Source: a virus (taxonomy: Duplodnaviria > Caudoviricetes). Taken from it: a DNA stretch of 28,473 nt. The stretch is taken from IMG/VR virus record IMGVR_UViG_3300030376_003823, positions 1 through 28,473 of that record, one strand, 5' to 3'. A model generated the notes under the pieces. That model did no database searches. It saw only the letters and a program-made list of their open reading frames with translations, and was not told the origin of the DNA. The translations under genes and the position numbers were made by a program. This document shows, one piece after another, positions 26,337 to 28,473 of the stretch (positions are counted from its first letter, which is position 1; each line of letters begins with the position of its first letter).

Positions 26337-27554
26337 ATGGCATATTTAGGTAGTAAACCACAAAGTGGTTTTATTAGTAATGCTAAAGAGCGATACACTG
26401 GTATAACTACAGCTTATGTAGATTTAAACCACAGTATAGCTTCATTAGCCGATGTCATAGTGTGGGTGAATTACGTTAAACAAGACGCAACTAATTTAAC
26501 TTTAACAAGTTCTACAAGAATTACATTAGGAGCAACTTTACAAAATTCGGATATTGTAGAAATTGCTTATCTAGGAAAAGCAGTAGCAACACAAACACCA
26601 GACACAGGTACAGTTACTAATGATATGTTGGCAGGAAGTATAGCAAACTCTAAACTTGCAACTCCTCCACCAACACTAACTGGCTCAACTGATAATACTG
26701 TTGTTACAGTAACAGGTGCTAATGCTATGCAAGGAGAAGCCAATTTAACTTTTGATGGTACAGATTTAGATGTTGGTGCATCTTGTAAAATATCAAGTAA
26801 TGGTGCTATTGCTAATTTTAGCAATCATAATGGCTCTGCTTCTGAAACCGCTTTAGCAACAAGTGATGGAAATGAAAAAGTAAGATGTTTTAATAGTGGT
26901 GTAGTTACATTTGAAAGTCAAGGCACAGAAGGTATGCGTTTAAATGGAAATGATTTAACAGTAAGTCGTGCAAACAATTTTACTAATAATGGAACAGGTG
27001 GAGGTAGTGGAGTTAGACTATCTGATGTTGGTGGTACTAGAGGAGAAATAGGAGTAGAAAAAACTGGCACAGCCGCGGCAGGAATGATTTATTTCTACAA
27101 TGGTAATGGTACAGTAGGTGGTATTGTAACTGATGGTAGTAATACTTCTTATGCAACTACTTCTGATTACAGATTAAAAGAAAATGCAGTAGCTATATCA
27201 GATGGTATAACAAGACTTAAAACTTTAAAGCCTTACAGATTTAATTTTAAAGCTGATAAGGATAAAACAGTAGATGGTTTTTTTGCACATGAAGTAACAG
27301 CAGTACCAGAAGCTATTACTGGAGAAAAAGATGCTATGGCTGTTGAAACAAGATACACAGCTAATGATGTAGAAACACAAGGAGATAGTCCAAGTAAAAA
27401 TGTTGGAGATGCAAAAACTTATTCTACAACAAAAATAGAAACACAAGGCATTGACCAATCAAAATTAGTTCCTTTACTGACAAGTGCCTTACAAGAAGCA
27501 ATAACAAAAATAGAAACTCTTGAAGCTAGAGTACAAACATTGGAGAACGCATAA
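26337..27554 (+). CDS. Tail fibre/spike with C-terminal intramolecular chaperone (peptidase S74-type)
   Basis: MAYLG N-terminus; TSDYRLKEN cleavage motif, LKPYRF, GFFAHEV...PEAI, IDQSKLVPLL and terminal coiled coil. Confidence 0.88.
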   Translation: MAYLGSKPQSGFISNAKERYTGITTAYVDLNHSIASLADVIVWVNYVKQDATNLTLTSSTRITLGATLQNSDIVEIAYLGKAVATQTPDTGTVTNDMLAGSIANSKLATPPPTLTGSTDNTVVTVTGANAMQGEANLTFDGTDLDVGASCKISSNGAIANFSNHNGSASETALATSDGNEKVRCFNSGVVTFESQGTEGMRLNGNDLTVSRANNFTNNGTGGGSGVRLSDVGGTRGEIGVEKTGTAAAGMIYFYNGNGTVGGIVTDGSNTSYATTSDYRLKENAVAISDGITRLKTLKPYRFNFKADKDKTVDGFFAHEVTAVPEAITGEKDAMAVETRYTANDVETQGDSPSKNVGDAKTYSTTKIETQGIDQSKLVPLLTSALQEAITKIETLEARVQTLENA

Positions 27555-28102
27555 TGGCTTTTACAACTTTGCCGACTTCGGCTTACTCAACTTTAGATGC
27601 AACTAAACTTAGTGGTAATCTTCCTGCTATTAGTGGTGCTAGTTTAACTGGTATTGCGAGTGCAGATAATAAACCAGCTTTTTCAGTAGTTAAAACTGAT
27701 AATCAAAGTTTATCAAATAACGCTGATACTAAAGTTACTTTTCAAACAGAAGTTCTTGATAGTAATGGTGCTTTTACTTCTAATAGATTTACTGTTCCTG
27801 TTGGTACACCAGACGCAAAATATTTTATTTTTGGACAAGCATTTCACAATTCAGGAAATAATAGTGATTTGAAAGTAGCTTCTTTAAATCTTTTTGTAAA
27901 TGGTTCAAGACAAGCCATGTCAGTTTCAGACCAACGAGCTGGTCAAGGTAGAGGAGAAGGAAGGACAGTCAGTAAAATATTAGGTTTAAGTGCTGGCGAT
28001 TATGTAGAACTATATGCAAAAGTAGATACTGATGATGCTGGAATAACTTTAGATGGTGGAGATAGTCAAACAACTTTTGGAGGATTTAAAATAATAACAT
28101 GA
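27554..28102 (+). CDS. C1q/TNF-like domain tail-associated protein
   Basis: PAFSV, KVTFQTEVLDSNGAF...RFTVP, LSAGDYVELY, TTFGGFKI pattern. Confidence 0.75.
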   Translation: MAFTTLPTSAYSTLDATKLSGNLPAISGASLTGIASADNKPAFSVVKTDNQSLSNNADTKVTFQTEVLDSNGAFTSNRFTVPVGTPDAKYFIFGQAFHNSGNNSDLKVASLNLFVNGSRQAMSVSDQRAGQGRGEGRTVSKILGLSAGDYVELYAKVDTDDAGITLDGGDSQTTFGGFKIIT

Positions 28103-28281
28103 GTTTATATAATAAAATTAAAAAATATATTAATGATGATAACAAACTACAAACAGCATTTGATAATGAAACTATAAGATTACAAGATGATATGATTGAT
28201 AACGTAAGTAATCCTTATATTGCAGTTTGGACATATTCTGAAAAACCTAAACCAACTCAAGAGGAGCTAGACGCATTATGA
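28099..28281 (+). CDS. Small tail-assembly-type protein
   Basis: LQDD...PYIAVW...PKPTQEEL pattern; ATGA overlaps at both ends. Confidence 0.65.
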   Translation: MSLYNKIKKYINDDNKLQTAFDNETIRLQDDMIDNVSNPYIAVWTYSEKPKPTQEELDAL

Positions 28282-28473
28282 GTTCATATTTAGGAAGAGG
28301 GATTGACCAAATAGATAATATATCAACTTTAGATAATTTATCTTTCAATGGAAGTTCAGCAACATTTAACCTAACACAAAACTCGGTAGCTTTTACACCA
28401 GTAAGTGCAGACGCATTACAAATTCAAATTGATGGTGTAATACAATCTGGCAACTATACTGTTAGTGGCTCTA
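28278..28473 (+). CDS. Partial tail-associated protein (truncated by window end)
   Basis: ATG 28278 with SD GAGGAG; MSSYLGRG...FNGSSATFNL...IDGVIQ...YTVSGS stays open to the window end. Confidence 0.8.
   Translation, partial: MSSYLGRGIDQIDNISTLDNLSFNGSSATFNLTQNSVAFTPVSADALQIQIDGVIQSGNYTVSGS

Larger units (their letters stand above)
1..28473 (+). mobile_element. Partial genome of a temperate T7-like podophage, in free (attP) configuration
   Basis: T7-type gene set and synteny (RNAP, SSB, endonuclease I, primase-helicase, Pol A, exonuclease, portal, scaffold, capsid, tail tubes, internal proteins) plus an integrase; no host genes in the window. Confidence 0.95.

Noticed and set aside
304-27458. 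Minus-strand ORFs and short alternate-frame plus ORFs (e.g. 22027-22422, 25801-26184, 17645-17836, 24936-25229)
   Set aside because: Shadows of well-supported + strand genes with no recognisable motifs; the genome appears unidirectional here.

Overview
A continuous ~28.5 kb, AT-rich segment of a T7-like podovirus (Autographiviridae-type). All supported genes are on the + strand. The order resembles marine integrase-carrying T7-like phages such as the HTVC019P-type pelagiphages; the host is not determinable from sequence. Order: tyrosine integrase, tRNA-Leu(TAA), probable attP, single-subunit RNA polymerase, SSB, endonuclease I, degenerate gp3.5 amidase, P-loop dNMP kinase, thymidylate-synthase homolog, primase-helicase, family A DNA polymerase, HNH-like domain in frame with the gp6 exonuclease, DUF3310 protein, small virion proteins, portal, scaffold, major capsid, tail tubes A/B, internal virion proteins and a tail-fibre cluster that runs off the window end. 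Most notable: (1) the kinase plus TS-homolog cassette, whose TS carries Asp at the base-specificity position, predicting dCMP (hydroxy)methylation and so cytosine modification in a temperate T7-like phage; (2) an attP whose candidate core matches a tRNA-Leu anticodon loop, next to a complete replacement tRNA; (3) a four-copy ATACA-N4-TGTAT palindrome in front of RNAP, SSB and exonuclease; (4) a predicted catalytically dead lysozyme; (5) an HNH-exonuclease read-through ORF; (6) a structured capsid mRNA leader. All homology calls are by eye from motifs; no searches were run.
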